Counted from the first letter of the stretch, positions 44,465-55,973 are shown. The stretch is DNA of 64,000 bases from an uncultured delta proteobacterium (GCA_963847445.1 CAWJZV010000030.1:64001-128000), one strand, 5' to 3'. Made by a program: numbers and translations. The notes: a model not told the origin generated them from the letters alone.

Positions 44465-45260
44465 ATGGACCAGCAACCTCTAGCATTGGAAATCGGCAAA
44501 AAGCTTTCGCCCAGCGAGGCGAAAGCTTTTACCGACGCCATCAAACAGCGCATGTACGCGCTGTGGGACGAGAAAGATTTTCGGCGGCGCGTTCATGCGC
44601 GATCTCGAAGCCGGCCAGCTGCCCTTCGAGACCCTGAAGCTGTTCTGGCGCAATTGGTACAGCTACCCGGTGGAGGTCAACAATTTTCACTTGATCATCT
44701 ACCAGCGCCACCAGGGCATCTTCGCGCGCCATCGCGACTTGCTCGCGCCCTACGTCGGCAAGATCAGCGACGAGTTGGTCAATCCGAAAATTCCCGGCCA
44801 TATCGAAGTGCTGATCAAACAGGGCGAGCAATTCGGCGTGTCCCTCGACGAAATGATCAACTGCCAAGTCTATGCCGAGTGCCGCGCCCTGACCGAGTTC
44901 GCCCGCGGCTTGGTCTATGAAGGCAGCATGATCGAGTGGTGGGCGCGGTCGCTGAACGAAGAGATGTTCGGCCATTGGGCCAAACGCTGGCGCGAAGCGC
45001 TGCTCGGCAAATATCACGTCAAGGAAGCCGACCTGCATTATTTCGCGGTGCACGAAGAAGCCGACCTGCACGAACATCTGGACGGCCTGATGGCCCATGG
45101 CGAAGTGGCCCGGCAGATCTTCGAGCGCTTGCTGCAGGACGGCAACACTTGGTACCGCCCCGGCTGGGGACCGGAGTATTGCTGCCTGACCAATGCCGAA
45201 TGCGTCGCCATGTTCCACGACGGCATCTATAAACATGCGCAGGAGCTAGGACACTTTTAA
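44465..45260 (+). CDS. Heme-oxygenase-like (PqqC/CADD/TenA) protein, frameshifted
   Basis: F...L..G.LP, DE..PGH, EE, YF.VH.EAD..H. Confidence 0.7.
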
Positions 45261-45271
45261 GAGAATACGAA

Positions 45272-45354
45272 TTCACCACGAAGGCACGAAGAGCACGAAG
45301 GTTCGGAGTAACTATTCTCCGAAACCTTCGTGCCCTTCGTGCCTTCGTGGTGAA
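45272..45354. repeat. Near-perfect long inverted repeat (CACGAAG units)
   Basis: ttcaccacgaaggcacgaagagcacgaaggttcggag-loop-ctccgaaaccttcgtgcccttcgtgccttcgtggtgaa. Confidence 0.9.
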
Positions 45355-45380
45355 ACAATCTTTCCCACGAAAGCATAACC

Positions 45381-46830
45381 ATGCCGATCAACGATCTACG
45401 GGAATTTATCGACGCCGCGCGCAAGCTCGGCGAGGTTAAGGATATTCACGGCGCCCATTGGGAATTGGAGATCGGCGCGCTCACCGAGTTGTTCGCTTTC
45501 AAAGAACCATCGCCCCTGGTGCTTTTCGATCAAGTGCCCGGCTACGCGCCCAACTTTCGCGTCGCCTCGAACTTAATCAACACGCCGTCGCGTTCGAGTC
45601 TCACCGTCGGCATGCCGCCGAATGCCCGGCCCATCGAACTCATCGCCAAATGGAAAGAGCTGCTCAAGGGCGTGAAACCGGTGCCGCCGCGGGTAGTCAC
45701 GCATGGACCGATTTTAGAGAACGTCAAAGACCGGCGCCGACGTCGACATGACGATTTTTCCGACACCGCACTGGCATGAACTCGACGGCGGGCGCTACAT
45801 CGGCACCGCCGATTGCGTCATTACCGGCGAGCCCGAAGAAGGCGGCTGGGTCAACGTCGGCATCTATCGCGTGCAGATTCACGACAAGAACACTCTCGGC
45901 CTTTATGTCTCGCCTGGCCATCATGCGCGCATCATGCGCGAGAAATACTGGGAGCAAGGTAAAAGCTGTCCGGTGGTCGTTACCTTCGGCCAAGACCCAC
46001 TGCTATTTTTAGTCGCTGGACAATCGATGCCCTACGGCCTGTCCGAGTTCGATTATTACGGCGGCCTGCGCGGCGCGCCGATCGACGTGATTCGCGGCGA
46101 ACTCACCGGCTTGCCGATTCCCGCTCACGCCGAGATCGCCATCGAAGGCGAAGTGCCGCCGCCGCAAGAACAGATGCAGATGGAAGGTCCGTTCGGCGAG
46201 TGGCCCGGTTACTACGCCCATGGCGCGGCCAAAGAACCGGTGATCCGGGTCAAGAGAGTCTACTATCGCAACGATCCGATCCTCTGTGGCGCGCCGCCGC
46301 TGAAACCGCCCTTCGTCACCTTCGGCGTGCCCATTGGCGCCGCGGCGATTTGGAACTATTTGGAAAAAGCCGATGTCCCGGACATCAAGGGCGTCTGGTG
46401 TGCCATCGGCAGCTCGGCGGCCGCCGGCGGTGCGCCGTTTATCATCGTCTCGGTGAAGCAGCGCTATCACGGCCACGCGCAACAGGCAGGACTCGCCGCG
46501 CTGGCCTCACGCGGCGGCAACTATCATGGCCGCTTCGTCATCGTCGTCGATGACGACATCGATCCGTCCGATATGAAAGATGTGATCTGGGCGGTGTCGA
46601 CCCGCTGCGATCCCAAGACCGCCATCAGCATCATCGACGGCTGCTGGAGCACGCCGCTCGATCCGGCGATGCACCCCGACCAACGCGACGCCGGCAACTT
46701 CGTCAACAGCCGGGCGGTGCTCAACGCTTGCCGTCCCTACGCCTGGCGCGACCGCTTCCCGCCGGTCAACGCGCTCAGCCCTGAGCTTAAACAGAAGATC
46801 ACCGAAAAATGGAAAAATGAACTGGCGTAA
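45381..46830 (+). CDS. UbiD-family (prFMN-dependent) decarboxylase 1, frameshifted
   Basis: DLREFI, P.W...DGGRYIGT, NVGIYR.Q, EGPFGEWPGYY, VVDDDIDP..V.WA..TR. Confidence 0.93.
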
Positions 46831-46919
46831 AAATACCCCGGCTCTTAATGCGCCGCCGCCGTTGCTCCCTGATGTGGCCCGTCGGGGTCGCGCCATTAGC
46901 TAATCGCGGAGTACCTACC

Positions 46920-48053
46920 ATGATCAATGGATATAAAATCTTTGACGCCGACGCCCATGTGATGATGGGCCCAAAGATGTGGGAAGATTTACCCAAGGAA
47001 TATGCGCCGCGCCGGCCAAGGCCGTTAGAACTTGCCGACAGCGCGGGTGCGGGAATTCGCCGCACCGGTTGGCTCATCGAAGGACGCATGGAGCCCCACG
47101 CCTACGGCCCCGGCGCCCAAGGCGCCAATACGCCAACTACGGTCATGGCGGAATTCGGCGCCGCGCCATCCACCCTGGGCTCGCTGGATATTTCCGAACC
47201 CGACAAACGTCTGCGCGATCTCGACATCCTCGGCATCGACGCGCAGCTACTCTTCCCATCGAGTCTTTACGCCTGCATGGGCGCCGATCCGTTTTTCGAA
47301 GCCGCGATGTTTCGCGCTTACAACCGCTACGCCGGCCGCCAGTGCAGAGTCAATTCGAAACGCTTGAAGTGGGCTGGTCTACTACCGCTGCGCGATAGCC
47401 GTGAAGCCATCGAGGCGCTCCGTGAAATGCAGGAACTCGGCGCCAGCACCGCCGTGGTGTTCGGCACCGTCGGCGAGCGGCTGCTATCGCACAAGAGTTT
47501 CACGCCGATCTGGGACGAATTCGCCCGCACCGGTTTACCGTTGTGCGTACATATGGGCCGCAGCTACCCGCCCTTCGATCAATTGGTAGAGACCAGACTG
47601 GAAGCCCATGTCATCGCCATGGGCATGCCGGCGCAGCTAGGCTTCGTCGCTCTGGTTGCCCAGGGCATGCTCGACCGTTATCAAAATCTCAAAGTCGCTT
47701 TCTTGGAGTTTGGCGCCGAGTGGCTGTTCTACGTGGTTGGCCGGTTGGCTCACTACCTGCCGAGTTACCGCAGCGACCCCACCGTGCGCGCCATGGGCAG
47801 ATTGCCAGAAAAAGCCATCGAAGAATATTTGACCTCGGGCCGCTTCTTCATCGCCCCTGAAGCCGACGACCCGCTGCTGCCGCAGGAAATCGCCCTGGTC
47901 GGCGCCGAGCATATCCTGTTCTCATCGGACTACCCCCATGGCGAAGGCCGCGATAACGCCGCCAGCGAAATATTGCAGCGCGGCGATCTCACCGACGGGC
48001 AAAAACGCAGCATCCTGTTCGACAACACCGTACGCTTTTGCGGCGCTCCCTAG
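46920..48053 (+). CDS. Amidohydrolase family 2 protein (decarboxylase/hydrolase)
   Basis: DADAH, GID...FP, AYN, PL.VH, LKVAFLE.G..W, FSSDYPH. Confidence 0.9.
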   Translation: MINGYKIFDADAHVMMGPKMWEDLPKEYAPRRPRPLELADSAGAGIRRTGWLIEGRMEPHAYGPGAQGANTPTTVMAEFGAAPSTLGSLDISEPDKRLRDLDILGIDAQLLFPSSLYACMGADPFFEAAMFRAYNRYAGRQCRVNSKRLKWAGLLPLRDSREAIEALREMQELGASTAVVFGTVGERLLSHKSFTPIWDEFARTGLPLCVHMGRSYPPFDQLVETRLEAHVIAMGMPAQLGFVALVAQGMLDRYQNLKVAFLEFGAEWLFYVVGRLAHYLPSYRSDPTVRAMGRLPEKAIEEYLTSGRFFIAPEADDPLLPQEIALVGAEHILFSSDYPHGEGRDNAASEILQRGDLTDGQKRSILFDNTVRFCGAP

Positions 48054-48091
48054 TCGCCGTTTTGACGACGGCTCGCTCCGGCCGGGTAGAG

Positions 48092-48559
48092 TCATCCCTG
48101 GCTACGCGGACGGATGCGCAGAGGTCGCACTCTTTGGCGTGATAGACGCGCGCTCCCTTTCCATTCTCGCCCGCTTTTCAGCTTGCGTTTAATATTCCGC
48201 CGGCCGCCCAGTTCCGACTCGGCCAAGGGTTGGTTTTCCGCAGGCGGCGCTGACTCCCCACCCGTGAGTATGCCGCGGCGAATGTAGCTCGGATCCAGAC
48301 GCAAGGTCTCGCAGATATTCTGAAATGAAAATGGCTGGTTTTCATTGCCAGCGAAAAGCCAGGTCTTGGCGTCTTGATACAATCGGATAGCCGATGCTGC
48401 TCGCGACTTTCGATACTTCCAAAAACACTCGATGGCGTCGCTAAGCACGGCGATCATAAGCTCCCGCTCCGCGCTCACTGGGCCATTAGGACTGCTCACT
48501 CCGAAAAATGCTTCAGCGACGATGGGATCGACGCTCACCATTTTGCCAGTCTGGTTCAT
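48092..48559 (-). CDS. Conserved hypothetical protein, helical with basic C-terminal tail
   Basis: E..LM.AVL.DAI.C..KY..A..W..PFSF.NICE.L.LDP.Y.R.G; RBS gagga upstream. Confidence 0.7.
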   Translation of the reverse strand: MNQTGKMVSVDPIVAEAFFGVSSPNGPVSAERELMIAVLSDAIECFWKYRKSRAASAIRLYQDAKTWLFAGNENQPFSFQNICETLRLDPSYIRRGILTGGESAPPAENQPLAESELGGRRNIKRKLKSGREWKGSARLSRQRVRPLRIRPRSQG

Positions 48560-48660
48560 TGCTCTTCCTCATGCGCGTATTCACCGCAGGATCGGTGCAA
48601 CCGCTCTCACGCCCCTATTAATGATTCGAAGCCAACGACAATCGCTGGTCCGAGCCGGAC

Positions 48661-49019
48661 TCAGACAACTGCTTGAGGAGGAGGAGCCCGGCTGGAATGG
48701 AGCCCCACTAAGGGAGAACGAATGACTTCATAGGACCGAGGGAGGATAATGAAACACAGATAAAACCAGGCGGTAAATATGCCGCTACCCAGCCGCCAGA
48801 GCAGGCTGGAATCAGATCGACTAAACCGCTCCGCGTATGGTTTGGTAGCTTAAATACCTTCGCGCTGAAAAGCCGCGCACCTTTGACGGGGTATTGGTCA
48901 TCGAGCGCCGGTTGGCCGAGCAGCTGCGAGATGAGCAGTAACGGCAGTAAATATAAGAGACTGCGAAGGATCAGGCGCGAAAACTTGTTTATCCGCTGAT
49001 TTGCACCTGGAACATTCAT
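48661..49019 (-). CDS. Putative leader protein: N-terminal hydrophobic segment, C-terminal SRAPP (needs one frameshift)
   Basis: ORF 48708-49019 has LILRSLLYLLPLLLISQLLG; overlapping frame open about 48850-48661 ends LHSSRAPPPQAVV*. Confidence 0.45.
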
Positions 49020-49262
49020 GCGCGACAGACCCTATACGAGAGAAATCGCGCGGTCAAGCAGCGTGGCATCTTAGTGGGTTGGCAAAGCTACGACCGCGGT
49101 TGACCGGGAAAGATCCCGTAGCGCTGGCAGTTTGCCTTGCTGCTTGGCAAGGGATTTACAGCAACATTCCACCTACGTGATCGTCTGCAAGCTGTTACAG
49201 TCTCTGAAGTGGTCGCCCGCGCTCGCTTCATGACCTGCTGATTGGCGACAGCTGAGCGCAGC

Positions 49263-51011
49263 CTATTCCCGCACCCCGACCTGACCGCCGAGCGCGCGGG
49301 CGCAGAGTGCCGCGCCAACGACCAAACCGACAATGATCACCGCGACCACCGTGGCTTTTTCGAACTCGGCGCCGGCGGCGAAATCGAGCATGAGCAACGA
49401 CAGCGTCCGCGACTTGCCGGAACCGAGCAAGACGACCGTGCTGATGTCCCGAGCGGCGGAAATAAAACCAACCAGGGCGACGGTAATCATGGCCGGCATG
49501 ATCAGCGGTAAAATGACCCGCCGGAAGGTATCGAACCAGGTGGCGCCGCAGACTTTCGAGGCTTCTTCGAGATCGCTGCCGAGCTGAATCAACACGCTTT
49601 TAATCATCTGCGCGCCGAAGGGCATGCTCTTGATCACCATAGCGATCATCAGAATATAAATCGTGCCGTAGATCGGCAGAAATATCCTGGTCTGGAGAAA
49701 GGTCCAGAGTAGCGCGATGCCCAAAAGAATCCCCGGCACCGACCAGGGGAGCCAGGAGAGAAAATCGAGCAGGCCGCGGCCGGTGTGACGGGTTTTGACC
49801 ACCACATAGGCGATCAGAGAATAGAAAAACACCCCGACCAACCCGGAACCGAAACCGATCGCCAAAGTATTCCACAGCGAGCGTAACAACACCGGATCGC
49901 TCAGCGTGGCGCGCCAGTTGTCCAAGGTCCAGGGATCGGCGATGTTGAAGAAGCCGAACAACTTCATGAACGTGCCCAGGAGCAACAACGTGGTTGGCAC
50001 CAGGGTGATGAACACCGCGAAGAGCAGCACCATGGCAAAGGCCGGCCAGCGCCACTTGCCGAGGGGAGTGGGCCGGATGGTAAAGCCGCGCCCGGTAATC
50101 GTCTCATAACTGCGCTTGCCGATATACTTGCGTTGCAGCGCGACCATCAGCAACAGCGCGCCGAGGAAGACCGTGCTGAGCGCCATCGCCGGCGCGAATT
50201 GCGGCGGCTCCCAGGTCACCAACTCGTGAATCTTCGTCGAGTAGACTTGCAGGCCAATGGGCGTGCCGAGCAGGAGCTCGATCTCGAAGGCTTCCAACGA
50301 GCGGATCAAACCCAAGATCGTCGTCACCAGGATCGCCGGCATCATCACCGGTATGACGATGCGAAAAAACGTCCGGACGCCGCTCGCGCCGGAAATCTTC
50401 GACGCCTCCTCGAGCACCGCGTCGAGATTGCGAAACGCCGGCGCCAGTAGCATCACCTTGACGCTCACGGTGCCGCCCATATGCGCCCAGACGATGCCCC
50501 AGAAAGAATAGATGTTGAAAATCGGTTGGCTCAGAATGCCGAGGCTGATCAGTCCCTGATTCATCAGTCCGTACTTGGGATCGAGCAGCAGTATCCAACC
50601 CATGGTTTCCGGCAAGGCCGGCAGAAAAAACGACAGCCAGAAAAAAAACTCTAAGGTCCCTTTCATCGGAATGTCGGTACGAGCGATCAGCCAAGCGAAG
50701 AACGCGCCGATCAGCAGCGCAATCGCTTGGCGGGTAAACGCCAACGTGACCGTGTTGGTCATCGCCTGGACGATGCCGGGCGTGGTAAAAGCTTTGATCC
50801 AGCCGTCGATGCCCCAAACAATCGGCTGGCCGGGGCGAGCGGTTTGAAAACTATTGAGGATCATCAGAAACAGCGGTGTCAGAACCAGAAAACCGACAAT
50901 CAAAATCAGCAAGATGATCGTCAACGGCGGCATCTGAAACCTGCGTTTGAAAGATGCCGGAGCCGCGGCAAAAGCCATGGGCTGGTCTATCGATTGTGAT
51001 TTTTCACTCAT
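49263..51011 (-). CDS. ABC transporter permease (FbpB-like)
   Basis: Intact; two EAA loops (LEEASKISGA, LEEASKVCGA), RTDIP, TITGRGF. Confidence 0.92.
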   Translation of the reverse strand: MSEKSQSIDQPMAFAAAPASFKRRFQMPPLTIILLILIVGFLVLTPLFLMILNSFQTARPGQPIVWGIDGWIKAFTTPGIVQAMTNTVTLAFTRQAIALLIGAFFAWLIARTDIPMKGTLEFFFWLSFFLPALPETMGWILLLDPKYGLMNQGLISLGILSQPIFNIYSFWGIVWAHMGGTVSVKVMLLAPAFRNLDAVLEEASKISGASGVRTFFRIVIPVMMPAILVTTILGLIRSLEAFEIELLLGTPIGLQVYSTKIHELVTWEPPQFAPAMALSTVFLGALLLMVALQRKYIGKRSYETITGRGFTIRPTPLGKWRWPAFAMVLLFAVFITLVPTTLLLLGTFMKLFGFFNIADPWTLDNWRATLSDPVLLRSLWNTLAIGFGSGLVGVFFYSLIAYVVVKTRHTGRGLLDFLSWLPWSVPGILLGIALLWTFLQTRIFLPIYGTIYILMIAMVIKSMPFGAQMIKSVLIQLGSDLEEASKVCGATWFDTFRRVILPLIMPAMITVALVGFISAARDISTVVLLGSGKSRTLSLLMLDFAAGAEFEKATVVAVIIVGLVVGAALCARALGGQVGVRE

Positions 51012-51059
51012 GGGCAAGCTTAAGCGTTTGCGCTGTTATACGAGGGCCGGCGAAAATCG

Positions 51060-52205
51060 TCAATCGTCATTGGCCGCTGCATCGTAATTCATATCCAGCG
51101 CGATGCCCTTCCGCGCCAACTCGGCTTCGTAGGTTTGCCGGATGGAGGGATCCTCGTCCTCATATTCGATCAGCGTGCCGCCCTGTTTGACCGATGTGTA
51201 AACGCCGGCGCGGATCGCCGCGACCCGGATGCCCAGGGGAAACTTCTGGCTGCCGCAGCGCAGCGCCAGCTGCAGCGCTCGCTCCGGCCCGGTATTAAAA
51301 TGTTGATGGAACCAATTGGTCGGCGGGCAGAAAACGCTGCCCGGCACCCAGTCGACGCGCACCACTTGAGCGCCGAAACCGTTTTCATAGGGCTTGGTGC
51401 CCAAATGGTTGGGCCACATGAGCGAATAGCCTTGCGAGCGCAGGATCAGCAATACCGCGCCGCCGCCGTGAAAATGCGCCTTGTGGTAGCGCCCCACCGG
51501 CCACTCGGCGAGATGGCCGATCAAAATATTATTGGCAATCTCAAACTGGGTGATATTGACCCCGGCGCCCTTCTGTTCTTGAGCGTCGATTTGCGCAAGC
51601 CGCGCATCGGCAATGAAGTTAGTCTCCCAAATCCACTGGCGATTGTTCGACGCCAGATAACGTTCGACACCGGGATCGAAGTAGCCGGCTTCGCCGTCAT
51701 AGCGATCGTTAAAAGCAAATTCGCTGTTAAAAATAAACTCTTCGTTGTGATAATGATCGAGCGCCATGGGCGCGGTGGTGACGGCGAGAAACAACGCCGG
51801 CTCGCTGCCCTGGTTCATCAGTCGATGCAGCACATTCATCGGCGGCGAAAACAGACTGCCGGTTTGCCATGAAATCGACTGCGGCACATGGTTGCGCTGT
51901 TGGATCTCCGCCACTCCTTGGCCTTGGAGAATGTAGATCACCTTCTCATACAAATGACGTTCGGGCGTGCTGGCGGCGCCCGGCGCAAGCTTGCCGACAT
52001 ACACGCCGGTAATCCCTTCCAGGCCGCGCAGCTGCAAATAAGCGCCGTCGCAGCCCAATCGTTTCCAAGCCTTGAGATGGAGATTGCCGACGTCGGTGAC
52101 GCCAAACCCCTCGACCACCGGTACGCCCTCTTTTTCCATGAAGCGCTCGTAATAAGTTCGCTGCCGCGCCCGCGCCGATTGAATGTTCCGAACGTTAGAA
52201 TCCAT
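51060..52205 (-). CDS. Bicupin protein 1
   Basis: ERHLYE..YIL.G.G..W..GSLF.PP.N..H; YHKAHFH..W..GS...PP..WFHQHFN. Confidence 0.85.
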   Translation of the reverse strand: MDSNVRNIQSARARQRTYYERFMEKEGVPVVEGFGVTDVGNLHLKAWKRLGCDGAYLQLRGLEGITGVYVGKLAPGAASTPERHLYEKVIYILQGQGVAEIQQRNHVPQSISWQTGSLFSPPMNVLHRLMNQGSEPALFLAVTTAPMALDHYHNEEFIFNSEFAFNDRYDGEAGYFDPGVERYLASNNRQWIWETNFIADARLAQIDAQEQKGAGVNITQFEIANNILIGHLAEWPVGRYHKAHFHGGGAVLLILRSQGYSLMWPNHLGTKPYENGFGAQVVRVDWVPGSVFCPPTNWFHQHFNTGPERALQLALRCGSQKFPLGIRVAAIRAGVYTSVKQGGTLIEYEDEDPSIRQTYEAELARKGIALDMNYDAAANDD

Positions 52206-53665
52206 ACTCCCTCCATCTCCGTTTAACGGTAGCCGCCATCTCAGCGGAGATGGTCGTTCCCAGCGGCGGATAGCGATTGCCGCCATATTGCTCCTGTGGT
52301 TCCAACGCCCAATTGATCGTCGCGTCGATCAACACCCGGGTCCACAGGCCATGGCCGTATTTGACCGAATTGCGGTCGGCGAGCGGCACGCTGGGATCGA
52401 GCATCGAGCCTGAAGAACCGGCAAACGTCGTGATATCGCCCAGGCCGGCATTGACCCGATAGCAGAGCGCCCACTCCAGCGCCTCGCCATCGTGAATATC
52501 GATATCGTCGTCGACGACGATCAGATGCTTGCCGGCGTAGTTGCCCAAATGACTGCCCCACAATGCGGCGGCCACCTGCTGGGCGTGGCCGCGGTGAGTC
52601 TTATGAATCTGGATGCGCAGCATCTCCGGCCATTTGCCGCGCCAGACGCCGGTGATATTCGGCACCCCCGCCTGTTCGAGGGTATGCCAGGCCATCGCCG
52701 AGAATGTCGCCGGCGTCCAGGTGCTGCACTCGTTGGTGCGCCCAGGACTGGCGCCCGTCAAGCAGCCATGAAAGATCGGATCGTTGCGGTAGGTGATGCA
52801 GGTCACCTGGATCGTATGCTTGGGCGACTTGCTGCCGCCGTAGTAGCCGGGGTATTCGCTGAACGGACCTTCTAGTGTGAAGGTACTCGGGATCCGGCGA
52901 AATAAATCCCTCCAGAACGATCTCCGCCGAGGCTGGCACCAGCAGATCGTTGGTCTCGCATTTGACCAGTTCCACCGGCGCGCGCCGCAGCGAGCCCGCC
53001 ATGTCATATTCGGGATGAATCACCGGCGTCGATGCGGCGATGAACAAGGACTGATCCCAACCCAACACCACCGCCACCGGCATGGGCTGATTGCGGCTGC
53101 GCTGTTTGGTAAAGTGCACGCCCCAGCCTTGAGTCGTCGCCAACAGCACGCCAATGGTGTTTTTCGTGCCGATCATGCCGCGGTAGGTGCCGACATTGAG
53201 CGTGCCGTTGTCGGGGTCGCGGCTGACGACGCTGCCGGACGTCATGATGTAACGGCCGCCGTCGAGGGGATTCCACTTGGGCACCGGCAGTTGATAGAGA
53301 TCGACATCGTCGCCTTTGACGATGTTTTCTTTCACCGGCCCCGTGCTCACCGTCACCGGCGGCAGCGGCTTGGCGAAGCGCTCTTTGAACACGCGGACAA
53401 TCTCAGCATCCGCAGTGGTATCCGCCACGCCGAGGATCCAACACATGCGCTTCTTGCTGCCGGTGCCATTGGTAAACAGCCGGCGGCACAAGGTATTCTT
53501 ATGGCCGGTGATATTCTCGAACAGCAGCGCCGGGCCATATTGGCTCGACACCTCGCGGGTGATCGCGCCCAACTCCTCGTTCCAGTCGACTTCAGCTTTG
53601 ATTCGCTGGAGCTCGTTGCGTTCTTCCAGATCGTCGATGAAGTCGCGTAGATCTCGTCCGGCCAT
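52195..53665 (-). CDS. UbiD-family decarboxylase 2, frameshifted
   Basis: DLRDFI..LE, PALLFENI, VPKW..DGGRY, NVGTYRGM, EGPFSEYPGYY, VVDDDID. Confidence 0.93.
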
Positions 53666-53692
53666 TTAAATAACTCCCATCGGCAATGACGC

Positions 53693-54809
53693 CTACGCCC
53701 CGAGCAACTTGCGCGCGAACGCGGCGGCGGGCTCGCGCACTTTGTTGATCTTTTCTTCGGATTGATTTTCGTACTTGTAGAACTGGTCCGGCGTCAGGAA
53801 ATCTTTGGCCGCGATAACCCCATAGTCTTGCAGCCACTTGGTATCGATCTCCAAGTCGCCGGCTGCCCACACCCATGCCGCGGCCGAACACTTCCTGGCC
53901 GTCGCGGCTGAGCAGCCAGTTGACGAACACTTTGGTGGCATTGGGATGAGGATTATTTTTGAGAATCGGTCAGATGACCGTAGCCGCCGCTAATGTAGAG
54001 CCCCTCTTTCGGCACTGGCAACGGCGCTACCGGAAGATTGGCTTTGATAAACGGCTGGAATTCCGAATAGCCGATGCCGGAAGTGACGGCGATCTTACCC
54101 CTCGCGAGATTCTCCGCCAACAGACGCAGGTCCCGGGTGATAAAAAGTTTTTGCGCCGACCAGTTTTCGCAGATACTCCTCGCCCTTGATGTAATGCATA
54201 TACGACCACATCGACGAACCGGAACCGGGCGTGCGCGGATCGCTGATGCCGATCTTGCCTTGCAGTTTCGGACTCAAGTAGATCGTCGAAGGATTTGAAC
54301 TCGCTGGGTTTGTACTGATTCGGATCGCTCCACAGACTGACGGTTTGATAGGCGACGAAGTTGTAGATGTAGCGTCTTGGCGTTGTCGATATAGATATGG
54401 CCGCCCCACCAATGTTTGGGGTCGCGCACTTCCGGCAAAATCAGATAGGGATCGATGGCGTCGAGAATGTTCTCCGGCAGCATGGCGGTGATCACCGACT
54501 CGGTGCCGCCGATATGCAGATCGAAATACTGCACGCCGGCCTTGGCCTCGCTGACGATGCGTTGCACCACCGCGCCGCCGCGCGCCGGCACGAACTCGGT
54601 GGCGATGCCGTAGCGCCGGCTAAACGCGATCTCCATGAGCTTGCGCAGCTCCGGCGTCGGCGGAATCGAAGCGACCACCTTGCCTTCCTTCTTGGCCGCT
54701 TCAAGATTTTGTCCCACTCGGCCTGACGAAACTGTGGGCTCTGCGCCGATAACGATGAAGCGCTCAAAAGCGCCAAAGCCAACGATGCCAATGATGATAA
54801 TTTCTTCAT
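53693..54809 (-). CDS. ABC substrate-binding protein, WWGGH subfamily paralog E, frameshifted
   Basis: AAKKEGKVV, DLHIGG, LPEV.DPK.WWGGH, DPRTPGSG, HPNA..F.NWLLS..GQ. Confidence 0.85.
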
Positions 54810-54847
54810 GTTTCCACTCACCAATGAAGAGTTCCTAGATCTCCCCG

Positions 54848-55962
54848 CTACTTGAACAATTTCTCCGCCAGATTGCATAGCCGGTTTGCGATACTTGAAG
54901 ACGACCTCTTCAGAGCCGTTCTCCAACTCATCGAACTTTTCCGGTGTAAGAACTTCCTTGGCCGACGGGTGACCGAACTCTCTGGTCCACTTGGTATCGA
55001 CGTCGAAGCGCCGCGTCGGCTGTCCCAATGCCTTGGTGAGCGCGCTCTGGCCTTCTCTGGACAGCAGCCAGTTGACGAATACCTTGGCTGCATTGGGATG
55101 AGCTTGATTTTTCAACACCGCCAGATTGCCGCTACCCGTGCCGGCGTAATAGCCCTCTTTGATGTTCGAAATCGACTTGACCGGCAGCCCAGCTTTGATG
55201 AACGGCAGATAGGTGTAATAGGAGACGCCGATGGAGACCGCGGACTTGCCGCGCGCCACCGCCTCGCCGAGCTGGCGCAGGTTACGTCCGACCATCATCT
55301 CCTGCGCCGCGAGCTTGGCGAGAAACTGTTCGCCTTTGATCTTCAGTAGAAAAGCCCAATTCGATTCTCCCGAGCCCGGCGAACGCGGGTCCAGGATCGC
55401 GATCTTTCCCTTCCACTTCGGATCCAACAAACTGTCCCACGAGTTGATTTCTTCCGGCTTGACCAGCGTCGAGTTGTACCAGATGGTCTCGGTCATGTAG
55501 GCGGTAAAGCTATAAACGTAACGCTTGGCATTGTCGGCCCAGATATGGCCGCCCCACCAGTGCTTCGGGTCCCTGACTTCGGGAAGGATCATCGACGGCA
55601 TCACCGGATCCAAGAAATTCGGCCCCAGCAGACCGGTGATTATCGAAGTGGTGCCGCCGATATGCAGATCGATGGAGCGCACGCCGGCGTTTTGCTCTTC
55701 GGCGATTTTATTAATATTACTCGCGCCGCGCGCGACGTTGAGCTCGAGCTCGATGCCCGGATAGGCTTTTTGAAAACCGCTTTCGAATTCCTTGCGCAGC
55801 TCGGCACTGGTGGGAATCGACACAACGACGCGCCCTTCTTTTTTCGCGGCTTCAACGACCTTGTCCCATTCGGGGTTTTTCGTTTGCGCGAAACCGGGTG
55901 CGGCAAGCAACAGCGCGAGCGATCAGAAGATGCGTCAGTGTCGCGATTCGAGTTTGAATCAT
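54848..55962 (-). CDS. ABC substrate-binding protein, WWGGH subfamily paralog D
   Basis: Same motif set; RBS aggagg before ATG 55962; indels near both ends. Confidence 0.88.
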
Positions 55963-55973
55963 GGAATCACCTC

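Noticed and set aside
49081-49136. c-di-GMP-I riboswitch-like GGCAAA..GCTACG stem
   Set aside because: Stems exist, but the GNRA-capped P1 and receptor arrangement is missing, and the orientation is opposite to the flanking genes
54492-55910. Apparent double-SBP fusion ORF (472 aa)
   Set aside because: The paralog-like C-terminus (LAEKLFK*) is in another frame ending at 54848; indel artefact
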